A stretch of DNA of 64,000 nucleotides from Camelus dromedarius (taxonomy: Eukaryota): contig NC_087437.1 of the NCBI RefSeq assembly GCF_036321535.1, positions 42,534,001-42,598,000 on the forward strand. Direction: 5' to 3'. Each line of letters starts with the position of its first letter. Position 1 is the first letter of the stretch. Below, piece after piece: positions 50,401-64,000 of the stretch. The notes below the pieces were generated by a model. That model made no database searches. It worked only from the letters and a program-made list of their open reading frames with translations, and was not told the DNA's origin. Made by a program: the position numbers and the translations under genes.

Positions 50401-52149
50401 CATGCCCCAGCCCCATTAGTCAGCCCAAATGACTGGCCAGTGAATGACAGTGCCACATGTGTGATCTCTCTCCACAGAGTCCCTGGAAGGACTCAGGTTG
50501 GAAAGTTGATGTGGAAAGTAAAATGTTCCAGTTTACTCTTCCCTCTCCTCTTCAACCAATGGCCCCTGCCAGGCCCCCGAATTTATACCCTCCCCTGTTT
50601 GCTCTGCCTACATCAACAGCCTTGAACAGAACAGAGTTGCTAAGTGATGTACAATTCTCATTTTTATCTTAAAAGACCAAATTAGTATATCAATGAATGT
50701 CATTTCTGTATGATGACAAGTATGATTTGTAAGTTAAGATTTCGAGATAAAAAGGAGCACAAAAAGCTAAATAATTTTGAATAAATTCATATGATGGTTT
50801 AAAGATACCCACCTAAACTTCATTAGTTGGATTCATTAAGGATTATGATGTACTGTGTTATATTTTAATATTTGATGAAATTTTAAGGTAGCATTTCTTC
50901 TCATGAAAATTCATAGGATCTTGATTATATGCTAAAGTGTTTCACTCATTACCTTTAAAGTAACAAAGCTTCATTTCTCCTTATTTAGTCTCAAACCAGA
51001 GATCCAGAGGCATATCAGAAGACAATACTTTATCATACCAGATTAAATTTTGATCTCTGCAGTGTGAAATTTAGACTTTGTAAATGAAGAACCCATAAGT
51101 TTGTCTTCTGAGTTGTAGACAGTGTTGCTTAAATGTTCCTGTAAACTGAGTCTTTGGTGAGAAGAAATAAGAATGTTCCAACTTAACAGTTGGCACATTT
51201 TTTTTTAAAGCCTCCTTTTTTTTTTTTTTTTTTTTTTTGAAGATTCCTTTTCCTATTTGTCTTCAGGCCTAGCTCATAGCGCTTTAGTGGGCCTTAGGAT
51301 TCAATGCTAAGTAACACAAAATCATAGACTCTGAAGATGGTAAAGGTGTGAACATACTGTATTTCTCAGAAGGTTGTGTCTTGCCCAAGGTACCATCAGT
51401 GGGAGCTGAGTTCGTGGTCAATGGTTTGCAGATTTAGGCTCTGTATTCTTTCTGGTTATAGATGGAAAACTATGGAACAGAGGAGGAGGATCCTATAAGG
51501 GTGGATTACAAAGGTAGACTAAACCAAAAATTCCTTAGAGATTGGCTCAGATTGAAAGAACTTTACTTTGAGAATTGAAGATAGACAAACTGGGCTAGTT
51601 GCTGGACAAATTCCACTTTGGTTGGAGGTCACTGTAATTCCCCATTTGGCGTCTCTCCTGAATGCTCAGCCACATGTAAAACAATGCTGGGCAGTCAGAC
51701 TTTGTCTAGTTGCACAAGAAAGAGAGTAGGCTCTAAGGCCAAATCAGTTCCTGGTTCCACCACTTACTGGCTGTGTGGCTTCAGGATAACTACTACACTT
51801 CTCTGTTTAATAAATTATACTTTTTACCCTATGTGAGGATTAGTGAGTGGATATATGCAAAGTGAATAGGAGTGTTGGCCCATATTAAGAGCTCAGTAAA
51901 CAATAACTCTTATTCTTTCATTATGGTGGTCTGGCTTTCAAAAGATCCATTTATTCAGAGCTGGGAGGGGATTTTGAATCTTCTAGTTCAATTTCTTCAT
52001 TTAACAGATGAGAAAAACGGAGGCCCAGAGAAAAGAAGGGGCTTCTGAGCTAACTTGTGACAGACCCAGGCCTCTGAATTGCCAGCTCATGGTGCTTTTT
52101 CTGTACTAGCCTTCCTGTAAATAAGCCTTGTTCTTCTTATGAATAGAAG

Positions 52150-52760
52150 AGGATCTCACCACTTCTTACATCCTTTGCTGATATCTGGGTTCAAGGTTCA
52201 AGCAACCATCATTACTCTCCTGTATCATTGCAATAACCTCCTAAGTCGTCTCCTTGATTCTGCCCTTGCCCCCCTTAAATCTGTTATCAACGCAGCAGCT
52301 TAGAGCATTTTTATTTTTCTGTTGAACAAGCATTATATCCTCTCCTCTCTCACTTCATCTCCTACTGCTCTTATTCCTTCTACTCCAGTCCCTTTGCCCT
52401 CCTTGCAAACCCTTGTACGTGCCAGGCACTCTCCAATCTCAGGGTTTTGCATTTGCTGTCTCATTTACTTGGAATGCTTCTCACCAGATATTTGCATAGT
52501 TTTGCATTTCTTTCAGATTTTGTTCAGTGAATCCTGCATGACTGTTCTGTTGCACCTGCAGTCATCTGGTACTTTCTGTGTTCCTTTCCTGCTTTCTCCA
52601 CCTATGGCATTTATTACTTGTAGTCCATATTTCTTTAGGTAGTTTACTGACTGCTTTTCTCTAGCAGAATGCAAATGTCATGAAGGTGCTGCTTTTTCAT
52701 GACTGTGTCTCCAGTGTCTAGCACAGTGTCTGCCCAGGCACTTGAATACATGAATGAGCA
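52150..52760 (+). mobile_element. LINE-2 3' fragment
   Basis: TTGCAATAACCTCCTAA...CAGGGTTTTGCATTTGCTGT...CCAGTGTCTAGCACAGTGTCTG...TGAATACATGAATGA. Confidence 0.7.
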
Positions 52761-53819
52761 GTGTGATTAGAGAACTTGCGGGATGTTCAAAAGGGTGTGT
52801 TTTCTCAGGAAGTTTTGTTACAGACTAAAGCCAAGAAAAGTGTGATGCTCTTATTTAAAGAATCCTGCTGTGGCCTGGGACTTTCCAACACAAAAAATTT
52901 TACCCTTTTGGAGGACATAATCTGCTTATATGTGGATTTGCACAGCTAAACCAACATACGTATATCTTTATTGAATTAATTACTGGAGAGGAAATACTCT
53001 AAAGCCAAAGCAAAACAAGAGCCACCTTCCTAAAACTCTGTACAGAATACACAGTACTTTTAGTTCTGGTGATTTAGGGAAAAAACTACAATTGTCTCAT
53101 TCTTTCTCTTTCTGGGTTCTTAGAGAAATCTCAAAGATAACAAAATATAGACAGGAGGTCAGCACTCATGAATCAGATTTCATCTTGATAGGCTTTTTAT
53201 AGACCTATAACAAGGTGGAGCCCTGAAAATTGTGTTAGGTAATGGGGATTCTGACAGACCCTTTAACTCCGTGGAACTAGGAGGTGCTGCTATAATTCTG
53301 CTGCTTCAGATGAAAATTTCAAGTGTTTTCATTAGGTACAACAGCTGTTTCTATTACAGATAACAGATCTCAGAGGTGGCGATGCTGATATCAACGTCTA
53401 GTGGGCTCAGAACACAGTGTAGCTTGTACAATTAGCTTTTTTTTAATTATTTTTTTTTCTGCACACGCAAATTAACTCTATAGCAGTAAAAGGAAATTAC
53501 TTACTTCCTACCGGAATTGTCTGAAAGTGATAGGATCATGCTTTGTAGAGTCACATTAACCAAATTAAAAGCCCTTGGGAAAAATTTGGCACCCTGTTCC
53601 TTCCCATTCACATCTTCCTAAAGACCTCTCAGGAGCCTCCATTTAGAAAGCTAGGATCATTACCAGGGCTTTTAATTTGGAAAGACTGGCTGCTCACCAG
53701 TGAATCTTTCTGGATACCCAGTGGTTGGGTGGAGTGGCTCCACAGAGTTCCAGTCTCGGAGGTCTTGACTTGCCTGTTCTCCTGACTCCTTCTTGCTTAC
53801 AGGTATGTTTTCCAGCCTG

Positions 53820-54310
53820 GGTCACAGCTCTGCTAAAGCTTGTCTTCAAGATGGATGTTATCACTGCATTCTCTCCACAAAGGCACACATCACTTCTCCT
53901 TGGAGAAGTGGGATCTATTTTTCCAACCTTGTGACTCTGGGCTGCCCGTGACTGCTTTGACCGATAGAATATGGTGGAAGTTGCTATGCTGGTCTGGGCC
54001 TAGTGTTTTAGAGGACTAATGGTGTTTACTTCCCTTTTCTTGAGATACTTTCTCTTGAAAGTCTGCTGTCATGCCGTTTAAAGCCTAATTCACACGGAGA
54101 GGCTACATTTAGGCACACCAGTCAACTGTCTCAGCTGACTAGAATCAACTGTCAACCACATGAGTGAGCCATCTTGGAGTCCAGTACATTTTAGCGTTCA
54201 GGTGACTCCAGTCCCAAGCACAGAAGCCATCTGACTGAACTGCATGAGAGACCCTGAGCAAGAACTGCCTAGCTGAGTTGAGTCAACCCATAGAACTGTG
54301 AGACAATACT
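53820..54310 (+). mobile_element. MaLR LTR (MLT1F/G/H-like)
   Basis: GTGACTGCTTTGACCGATAGAATATGGTGGAAGT...GAGAGACCCTGAGCAAGAACTGCCTAGCTGAG...TAATAGATAACTG. Confidence 0.75.
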
Positions 54311-54610
54311 GCATTGTTCTAAACCACTGTGCTTGGGACGGTTTTTAACACAGTAATAGATAACTGCAATAAGGGCAAAGTGGGAAAGCCCAGGTGACAT
54401 GCACCTATGAATGTGGGCATCAAAACACTAGCTTAGGGTGAGGTGGAATTGGTGGCTGTCTACCAAGTGCAGATGTAGACAAATGCCACTCTCCCACCTT
54501 TTTTGCTAGTCCTCGGAATTTCATAACTGGACTATTCTATTATCTCTTGGATTTGTAAATATATATACTATACAAATGCAGATATTTCTGGGAGGGATAA
54601 TGCTATAAAC

Positions 54611-54829
54611 AGGGTACAAAGGTACAGCAAATTTTTTTGTGTGTGTAGGGTCAAATAGTCAATATTTTAGGTTTTGTGAGCTGTATGGTCTTTGTGGCAA
54701 CGACTCAACTTGGCCAAGGTGACATAGATGGTACTTAAATGAATGGTATGACTGTGTGCAATTAAGTTGATTTACAACAATAGATGATTGGCTGGTTTTG
54801 ACCTGTGGGCTATAGTTTGCTGACCCCTG
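54611..54829. mobile_element. MER58A-like hAT MITE
   Basis: CAGGG...AGGGTCAAATAGTCAATATTTTAGGTTTTGTGAGC...TATAGTTTGCTGACCCCTG. Confidence 0.8.
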
Positions 54830-55171
54830 TGCTAAACAATTATCACTATAGTCAGTAGAGATGTTTAATTACATAGCTTGACTCTCATGAACATTGAATT
54901 TGGTTTGGCTCTCACTCCAATTCCTCTTGCCATACCTTCTTAGTCCCCTTTGTAGAGGTCTCCTAAGTTTGAAATGACCTCCTCAAGGCTCTCTTCTATT
55001 CTTTTTCCGTGTTCTTTCTCAGCCTTGTTACCCATTCAAATGATTTCAGTTACCACCAATTTTCCAATGACTAAGAAATGTCTATCTCTATTCAGTCTTT
55101 TATCCAGAACTCCAGACTCCTGTACTTCCCCTTGGATATCTTGCCAGCACCCTAAGTTCAATATACTTTTC

Positions 55172-55870
55172 TGCAGTAATTAGCCTGTTGTCTCAACTCC
55201 AAACCCACCTTTTTATAATTAGCTCTTCGATGCTGGGGTTTAAAGTCTGCAAACTCCATTTCTGTTTTGCCAGCTCTTTGTCAATAAGGGGCGATAGAGG
55301 GACATTGCAAAACCAAAGGAGAAAGGAGAGACTTGCTACTTCCTGTTTATTTGTTGCAGACTTCTTGTCTGCGTGGGGTTCCTATGAGCATCTATTCAGC
55401 AAAGCTTCTTTGCTCCAGAAACATATATTCTTTTCTGTAGTAGCAGTTGAATCTAGTTTTTCCAAAAGTTGCCAAATTACCTCCATTAAAACAGCCATCC
55501 TTCTCTCCCCATCAGCAGCAGTGGGTTACTGCCCCCCTCTTCAGAAGTCTGGGTCTCAGTCCTTCATGACCCTTCCTCTGGGCTCAGACACTAGCACCAG
55601 CTAAACAGCGCCTCCTAGTAGGAGATTTGAGTTTTGGCCCAGCTGGGTCCCTGCTTCAATTTTGTAAGTTTTAGTAATTGCAGCCTCTTCTCTTTGATTC
55701 CCCAACCTTAAGGGGTGATAGCTGCTTCCTTTAATTGCTTCCTTTGTGATAAATTATTGTTGTCCTTTGCTTTTTCAGCTACCTATTTCATACCCAGTTA
55801 CCCATTCTTTATATTAAATTCCCTTTCAAATATCTGGCATGGTTTTGCCTTCTGACTGGAATCTGAGTTT
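55172..55870 (+). mobile_element. ERVL solo LTR (LTR33-like)
   Basis: CTCAACTCCAAACCCACC...TGCAAACTCCATTTCTGTTTTGCCAGCT at the 5' end; TATTAAATTCCCT...CTGACTGGAA at the 3' end. Confidence 0.7.
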
Positions 55871-57516
55871 ATGTTCTCAGGCAAAACCTGCTTCTCTGAA
55901 GGGCTTCCTTCCTTCCTTTGCACCAGCAGACCACTCCCTGTTTCTGCCCTAGTGGCTCAAGCCCAGTGTCTGGGCATCATTCTAACTTTGTCTATTCTCT
56001 AAGCTCCCATATGCAATCAGTGAATATGGCCTGCAGAGTCGGCTTCCTGGATATTTCTCGTATCTGTCTTCTCTCCATCCCTACACCCACCGCTGTCGAT
56101 CAGGCCACACCTGATAGCTGAATCCCCATGTTTCTGTGGCCCCTCCGTCTGTTCTTCCACTACCACCCTACAGACGTCTCAAAAATGTTTACCAGATAAA
56201 TGCTTTCTGAAACATTCCGAATCCTTAACATAATTTATAAATCCTTCTGTGATTTGACTTCTCCTGCCTCTGCACTTCATTTTGAAATATGTTCCTTCTT
56301 CCTTTGTCAGTTTTTGAATTTGCCATGCTTTCTTTGCATTCTTGGTGCAAACTTTTCCTCTGTGTGGAAATCTCCCTTTCCATCTGGATAACTACCACTG
56401 TCCTTTAAATGTTTTATAAATATCACTTTCTCAGAGATGGATTTTCTGACCTCTCACACAAGATTATATTCCTCTGTTTGTTCCCATAGGTCATTTGAAC
56501 ATCCACTTTTTAAATATAACATTCAGTGAACTTGTAAGTAGCTGTTTGTTTAGTAACTGACTTCTTTCCTAGATGGCATATAGGTCTGTATAGGCAGAGG
56601 CAGTGTTTGTCTTGCCCAGCACAGCACAATATCCTTAACACACAGTGTTCTTTCAGGCACAGTAGATATTTGACAAATATTTGCTGAGTTCAGTTGACTT
56701 CTGTTCTATACATTTATCACAGGGCCTCTGAATTGATTACAGAAGACAAACATTTCTGCAGATGCATCAGAATCCCTCAAGGCTGACTTTACCTCTTAAA
56801 CTGAAGGCTTCTTTGGTTTGCTCTCCTCACATCTCCTGACACCAGTTCTCCCTTTGTGGGTTCTTACAGTGGAGGAGACTGAGTGGGGAGTAGATTGATC
56901 AGAATTTATCACCTTTAGCTGGACTAGAGACCCAACATTACTTCTTCCTACACGGTCAGAGAGCCCGGTGGCATCACACAAATCTGAGTACCTGGGCCCA
57001 GGTGCATCTCAGTGCGTGTTTTACTAAACTCAGGTGACCAATGAAGGGATGCTCCCCTACTTCTAACAACCGGTATGTTACTCCTCCACCCCAAACAAAA
57101 TGTGCTAGTTTCTTTGTAGTTCCTTGAAATGTAGCCATTATTCTTCAAGCGACAGAATATGGGGAAAAACGCTGGGGAGCAGACTAAAACACTGATGAAA
57201 GGGCTTTAAAAAAATCTGTAATAACCAATAATGCAGAAGCAGATAATGAAACCTGAATATGAAAATAAGCATGACAAGAGACCCATAAACTTATATGACC
57301 ACAGTCAGAAAAGCAGCAGACCTGAGGGAACAGATTACATAAATCCATGTTTGATTTTGGCCACACTTCCAGGGAGAGAGCTGTGTTTATTTTAAAAAGA
57401 AAACAACAAAACAACCCAAAGAGCTTGCTTTTCTTTTGATCTTCTAAACACATTTGACCCAAGTGGACATTTTCTTTGAGAAAAATATCTCTCTTTCCTT
57501 CAGCTGAAAGTTTTAC

Positions 57517-57600
57517 CTTTTGAATTGTATTCCACACACGTTCTTTATCGTTTCTTCTTCCTTCAAGGGTGTCCATGGCATCTGCCATTAGTGACTGCAG
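57517..57600 (-). CDS. Internal coding exon of the minus-strand gene (LQSLMADAMDTLEGRRNDKERVWNTIQK)
   Basis: Acceptor TTTTTATCTTGGTGCCACAG|CTG and donor AAG|GTAAAA. 84 nt, phase 0-0, no stops. Confidence 0.88.
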
Positions 57601-60139
57601 CTGTGGCACCAAGATAAAAATTATCAGTGTGGAATTCACACAGAAATAACTTCTCTAAATACACAGATTAAAACCTAATTAAAAAATCATTTGTACGCTG
57701 ATGATTTTATTACTCATCTTTCTGACAATGAACACCGCCACCTCATCTTTGCTTCAGTCATTACCGAGTATTATTGCAGATATAAAACATTGAAACAATG
57801 GAAAGATTCTTCTTGAAAATTTGTAGAAAACATATAGGTTTTAATGTAGTAAGTGTTGATGTTTTGTGAAAACAGATTTGGGTTGTAAAGAATGAAGGCA
57901 GTAGTTAATTCTCTCAGGAAATGGCATGTAGTACATGAACGCATTTGAGCATTTTCTCCTGAGGCTAATGTATCATAATTCTAGGCATCTTGCAAAAGCT
58001 CACCAGAGGACCATACTAAAATTGTGTTGTTTTATTGCCTCTTAAAGGATCTAGCTCATTTAAGTTCTTTTCCTATTCTTTTCTTTACTAAAATTTCAAA
58101 ATAACCAACTTTTCTTTCTAGGTTCCATTTCAAAGGCAAGTTTAAAAAATTCCACTCTTTGCCCCAAACTGCCATATTCCAATTTAAAATAATCCTATAC
58201 AGATGCTGCATATGTGCCTGCGAAGTAATGAAGCCACAGGAAGCCATGTGACAGTCAAAGCTAAAAAAGGAAGTTCTCTAAAAAAAAAGACAAACGTCAT
58301 TTCGGTTCACCATGGCGTCAAACGTCATGAACTGTTAGATAATCTTTCTGTACTTTAGATATTGCACAGCTTAAGCAGAAGGGCAGAGAGTTGAGTCACT
58401 CAAAACTCTTCTATTGAGCAGTCACTGTTGATACAGCATCATAAAAGGTGTCTTGAGGATTTATTATCTAGTTAACCCCTGCTTGGAAGTTGGAAAGTAA
58501 AATCTATTACTTAAGGCGATGAGATTTTGCAAGATACATGATTTTTAAATATTTGGTCTGCATGTATACATCCATATATGCTTTTTTTTTTTAGTAGGTG
58601 TATAAATTATGAAAATATCCCAAGAAATCCTATTTTCCAAGGTTTTGTAGTGGCATATTGTACTAACACGTTAGTAAGGGATGTCAGTGATGCTAGTTTG
58701 GTGTTCTTTTTGTATATTTAGAAATATAAGTATTTCCAGAAAAAAGAAAGCCACAGATGTGTGGTTAAGAAGACCTTAAGTGCAGAAAACTCCCCTGTAT
58801 TTTTCGTTTAAATCTTGAATGTGCTTTTCAGAAAGACAGGATCAACATTATGCCAGCTTCTTAAATTAACATTTTCTTTGCTTCCTCTTATCTCAGAGGA
58901 GCATTAATCATCTAAAATTGTCTATAATATGCACTTTGAAAGCTCCACACTTACTGTACTCTTGAATACCTATGAATGGTAGGATAAACACTTAGCCTTT
59001 TAGAAAGCATTCTGTGCACACAACCATACAGGTTTAGAAAGTACTATTGCTAGCTTTGACTTAGTAATTCCATGATTAATAGACTTTTTTTTCATAGCTT
59101 TAATGTTTAGTATGCATAGTTTTATTATTTGGTTACTCTGACAGTTTTACACGTTAATTTTTTAATATCACTATTTATTTAATACACTTTTGTAGGTTCA
59201 GATGAACATTATAAATGTTGGCAGTCCATTTCTTAATTAATTTGTTACAGCTTTAAAAGTTCAAAGAGGGCGGGTTCCTTTAGTTATCTTAAAATTACAG
59301 GTGATCAGTTTTGGCTGTTATCATCCTTGCTGCATGAATTCAATTCAGGTCTATAATTAGTTTTAGCTACCTTCAATTAGAGCCTCAAATTAAAGAGCCC
59401 TTCCTAATAACACATCAAGATCTTTATATGGAGTAAATTTTACCCTTCCTTGAATGGCCAGTACACTGATTAGTAATTGTTTTTCAAATGAGGTACTACT
59501 GTTTCTAATATTAATTATGGTTATAATACACACATTTATTTGAAGATTTTTTTTTCTGTCTTTCCTGAGTTAACTAATCAATACAGTTAAAAAAAAAAAA
59601 AAAACACTGTTTGACGGACTACATTTCCCCTCAAATAAAACCACTCTCTTATCTAAATGTACTAGTGTGTGTGTTTTGGCATTACCAACATATCTGTGAC
59701 ACTAGAAGCGAATAAGAAAACACTAAACACAATTTTGTAAGGTCAGTTTTCTATCCAGCAATTACTCTTTTTTTCCTCTTACTTTTCCATTGAAGAGAAT
59801 CATACATTAATATATCTTCAAGTTAAAAAAACGATTTATTAAAATTTCACTTTACTTGAAACAAAAAGCCCGACTCAGAATATGAATAATCAGCCCTTTT
59901 CCATATTTTCATACATCACAAATGTCTTGCTCTAAAAAATGGAAACTAGTCAGGGTGAGCAAATAAAACACACACACACACCTTTCTATATTTTCCAGTT
60001 TCTCCATTAGAATGCTTCACGAGGCTTGAAGAGTTTGCCCTGGGACTACGTTTATTATCACATTCTTTTTCAGACCATATCACTCTTCTGTTGGCTCAGG
60101 GCCTGTGAAAGCCTTAAACAAAGAAAAACAAATGCTCAC

Positions 60140-60282
60140 CAATTCCGCCTCCTGTTGACTGATGTCCTGTAGATAGGGGATGGTTGCTAGCTCCGCCATT
60201 GCTTGATTGATCACCTGGGATTGCTCCTTTACTCTCTGCAGCTGGCTGAGGAGGCTGGCGTATTGCAACTTCTCCATCACAC
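60140..60282 (-). CDS. Internal coding exon of the minus-strand gene (xVMEKLQYASLLSQLQRVKEQSQVINQAMAELATIPYLQDISQQEAEL)
   Basis: Acceptor GTCTTCGTGCGTGCTCAG|GT and donor TTG|GTGAGC. 143 nt, phase 1-0, joining in frame to 57517-57600. Confidence 0.88.
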
Positions 60283-63200
60283 CTGAGCACGCACGAAGAC
60301 TGCTCTAGTCTCCCAGTAGAAGGAAATGTTTTAGAATAAAACCACAGAAATATCATCTCCCCGGGGATTGAAGTCAGGGCTTGTTGTAATATGTTTAGCT
60401 CCTTTGGAGTAATGGTAACTAGTGCAAATAAATGTTTTCCTGCTATCATTTTAGAGAATTGTCTGTACCCTTCCTTCAAACAGAAAAATGTATATAAAAG
60501 GGAACACTTTGCAGGACTGTTGAGAAGAGTTTGCAGGTGGCCCTGCATAAGGAATCTGGGATGAGAGGAAAAGAGGACTGAAATTGAACCTGAGCTCGAC
60601 TCTTCCAGTGGGGAGCCCACAGAGCTGTGTCCATGTAGAAGACATTATCTATGTCATCAAGGCATCCTAAGAGTTAAGAGTTGTCTGTTGTCTTGTTGAT
60701 TTAAAGGAAGATTTTTATGCAACTTGAATCTGAAAAACATTATACAAATTGAATTCTGTCTGCCCTCATGGCTTACATTAAACCTGCAGCTCTGCTTTTA
60801 TCTTTAGTTCTCATTGGATGGCCGTGGACTCTGGTTCCTCTCCTTGTAGTATTGTAGTGCTTTATTCTGGCTCCTAGGACCATCTCAGCAACTGACACGA
60901 TCCATCTTGAAGTAGACTGTTGTGTGCTTGTAAGGACCACCAACCCCTGTGAATCTGCTAGTATTTTGGGCTTTCTTAAAATGGGGCACACTTATAATCA
61001 AGGTGGCTCACCTATGTGTCTGCTAGTGCCAGCCATGAAAGAGAACACATTACCTTCTCTAAAAAGTTTAATCCAAATCATACTGCTTCCTAGGAAAGAC
61101 AAAGTTTATCATAAAAGTCTTACATTTCTATTTAGGAAAAAGTCCTTCTGACATAAGAACAGCTTTGGGTTTCTGTCATGTTTGGAGAATGATGGGAAAT
61201 GGTAAGTCACAGGAGGATTTAGTTTGGCGATTGCGTTCATTCCCAATCTTGGTGCTCAGAAGCAGAAGGCTGGATGAACAACATCCCCTTATGGTGGGGT
61301 TCCTCCTGGACTACCTGCACCAGAATCATTAGGCTTGTCTGTTAACCAGGAAGAGTCCTGGACCTTACTCAGTGATCTCTTGGTATGTGGCCCTAGAAAT
61401 GTGAATGTTAGCTAGGTGCCCCCCAAAATATTCAAACATCTTAAACCGAATTTGGAGGACAAACCGCTACCTTAAAGCTTAGTATCTGGCAAGGACTATT
61501 TTAGTTTGTGCATACTTATAAAGCAGATTTTTTCCCAGAAATTAGAGAAGGCAGACTTAATTTTTCTTTCTTAAAATAGAACCTCTTCTAAAGAGAAAAA
61601 TTATTAGAAACTAGCATTACTAAAGAACATCTGAATTTTAACTTAAATTTAGAAGGCAGTTCTTTCTGAAATGTCATCTGCATATCTTGATTGACACCAG
61701 TCTCTAGAAGTTGACACTCTTAGAACCTTGGTAATAAAGGAAGGTTGAGCACTGTTGCATCGTATTTGCTGTACTTCTCCCTAATGTGTATCTGTGCCAT
61801 TTGGCTAGTGTCATCTCTCTATCCCTGCTTGCTGATTTGTTCTTTTCGATTAATCATTTATCTGAAAACCTGTAAACTGATAGGAGCAATGATTGCAAAT
61901 TGTGGATTTGGGGATCCATTTTCTGAATCGACAGAAGAGCCAGCCTTCCCATTTAGTTTAAACATGTAGCTAAACAGTGGGATCCTGTCAAAGAGAGGAA
62001 AGCAAGTTGCAGGAGAAACAGTTTTCTTTCTGAAGAAAAATTGCTTTCTTTGTCCTTCTTTAAAATAAACAATGGGGCTCGTTGTAGGAAAATGGTGCAG
62101 TGACTCAACTCCAAAGAGCAGAAACGGCTGCAGCCTGCTCGGGAACATAGTCCATCAGTGTAATTTCCCAAAACATCAGGAAAATAAAAATAATGGAAGG
62201 CGATGGTGCTTTGTTAGCTTGATTGTTGGATGCATAACAAAACAGGAAGTGCTCCACGTGGATAGGGTGACTAGGGAAAGAATCTAACTGACTGCTAATA
62301 GTCACCCCGCCTCCTCCCCACATCCTCTGCCCCAAGCCAACAGCAGTTTTTGGTTATCAGGAAACTGTAGATTAATATTTTACGTATACAAGCTGGCGGT
62401 TTTTGAGAGATAAAGTGAAAAAGAAATAAAGATGAACAAACGCCAGCAGGAGTGCTTTAATGCTCTTGCTTTATGGAAGTAATGAAAAATGAACGAATTA
62501 GCTTACATCGAGTGCTAGTAAGGGCTAAATCTAAAGGGAAGTAGCCCTCTCATGGAGACGTCAGGCGTGGTCACAGGGCTCCTGAGCTGCTGGGGAGGGT
62601 GTAGTAAAATGGCCAAGACAGAAGCTAAGACCTCACACAGGTACAGTGAAGGTTAGGTAAATAGCAAGTTCACATGAAGGCTTCAGCCAGAGAATTGTCC
62701 AGATTTCATAGCAGGTACTGATAAATGTTTGGCAAGTAAGTTGCACAATCTCGTACTGCTGAAAAGCAGAGTCCAAGTATTTGGAGTGCATTTCCAATTG
62801 ATATAACATATTAGAAACATTAATTGCAAAGAAAAGGGGTAGGAAACACATATTATTGTTCATTCCAAATGTGCGTATGTAAACATTTTTTATGCTTCAT
62901 TTGGAGGAAATTAAAAGTTAAATTAACGAGGTATTCCAAACATGGTCAGTTAGGGCATTTTTTTGGCAAGTCAGCCTGTGAAGGCAGCTTCATGCATGGC
63001 AAGAGATTTTATTATTTTAACTCTTTAACATTTACCCCAGGAAGCACAGCACATAAGGTTTTAAACTGACAGCAGCCAATAAAGTTAATGAATGGAAAAG
63101 CACAGTAGCATTTGGTAGCATGTGAAATAATTAGGACAAAAATCAGAGGAGGGAAAATACCATTAGAGCAGAGCTACTGGTTGACTTGGGTTGATGTTCA

Positions 63201-64000
63201 GTGAGATTAAAAGCCACTGGGTAGGAAGGGTGGGGGAGTATTTTAGATAACAACTCTTAAAGTGCCAGTATCATCCTTGTTTGGTCATGTGTGGTATGCC
63301 CAGCAAAGGAGTCTCTAAACGTAAGGAAGCTGGCGTCAGAATGTAAGGAGAATCACTGCCTGAGATGTAGAAACCTCCCTCGTACTGGGAATGTCCTTGT
63401 CTCCTTCACCAACTCTCTCTGCCCCACCACCCCCATGGTGAGAGGTGAAAATTGACGTTCCCAGGGAATCCCTACTGTGGGCAGTAGATCAAGTCCATGT
63501 CTGGAAATGACACCTCTAATCCTGCCTTTGTGAGTAGCTCTGAGCACATCAGTGACATAAACAAAAGAATTAGACGTCCACAGGATATTTGCACAGTCTT
63601 CATTTTAGAAGAAATATGTAATTTCAAAGTACACAGCTTTTATAAAGAAAAAGGTCCAGAAAACAGTTTTGTCAAAACAAACTGAAACAAATACAAATAA
63701 AACTTCTAAAATCCCTAAAACTTTACGAGGTGCTTCAACATGGATTATATACTTTTGGTCTCACAACAACACTGTGAGGTGGGCCTGGCAGATACCAGCC
63801 TGCTTAAAAATGAGAAAAAAACGCTCATAGGTAAAGTGACTTCTCCTAGGGTTACACAGCCAGAGCACAGCCTTGCACAAAAGGCTTTATCTACAGGTGT
63901 CATGAGCTAGGGTAACAACTAATAAGGACACTGTGATGCCTTGCACTCAGGTGGGTGGCATTTCACATCTGACAAGAGAAAACACACCTCCGGGGATCCT

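Noticed and set aside
55188..55604. 138-aa ORF
   Set aside because: It lies wholly within an LTR33-like element.
57184..57639. 151-aa ORF as a single-exon gene
   Set aside because: Only 57517-57600 is bounded by splice sites; the rest is intronic read-through.
60114..60620. 168-aa minus-strand ORF
   Set aside because: It overlaps the real exon in a different frame and is otherwise intronic and not protein-like.

Overview
Mammalian nuclear DNA, probably camelid (inferred from two vic-1-like tRNA-derived SINEs and camelid-type L1 3' ends). It is mostly intronic/intergenic and rich in interspersed repeats. The left end holds the 5' half of a decayed class III (ERV-L/HERV-S-like) provirus on the minus strand: 5' LTR 2242-2652, a tRNA-Arg(ACG)-type primer-binding site, then broken gag, protease (DTG) and RT running off the window edge. 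The LTR has kept its CpGs and sits head-to-head with a CpG-rich promoter/first-exon-like segment with two splice donors, which suggests a bidirectional or co-opted promoter. The last three coding exons of an unidentified protein-coding gene lie on the minus strand (60140-60282, 57517-57600, 30635-30757) with canonical splice sites and consistent phase. A degraded UBE2N processed pseudogene lies at about 27665-28190. The rest is L1, L2, MIR, MaLR/ERV solo LTRs and Tigger/hAT fossils, some nested. I found no prokaryote-type system (CRISPR, operon) and cannot claim a clearly novel system. Repeat subfamily names come from recalled consensus sequences and need RepeatMasker/Dfam confirmation.
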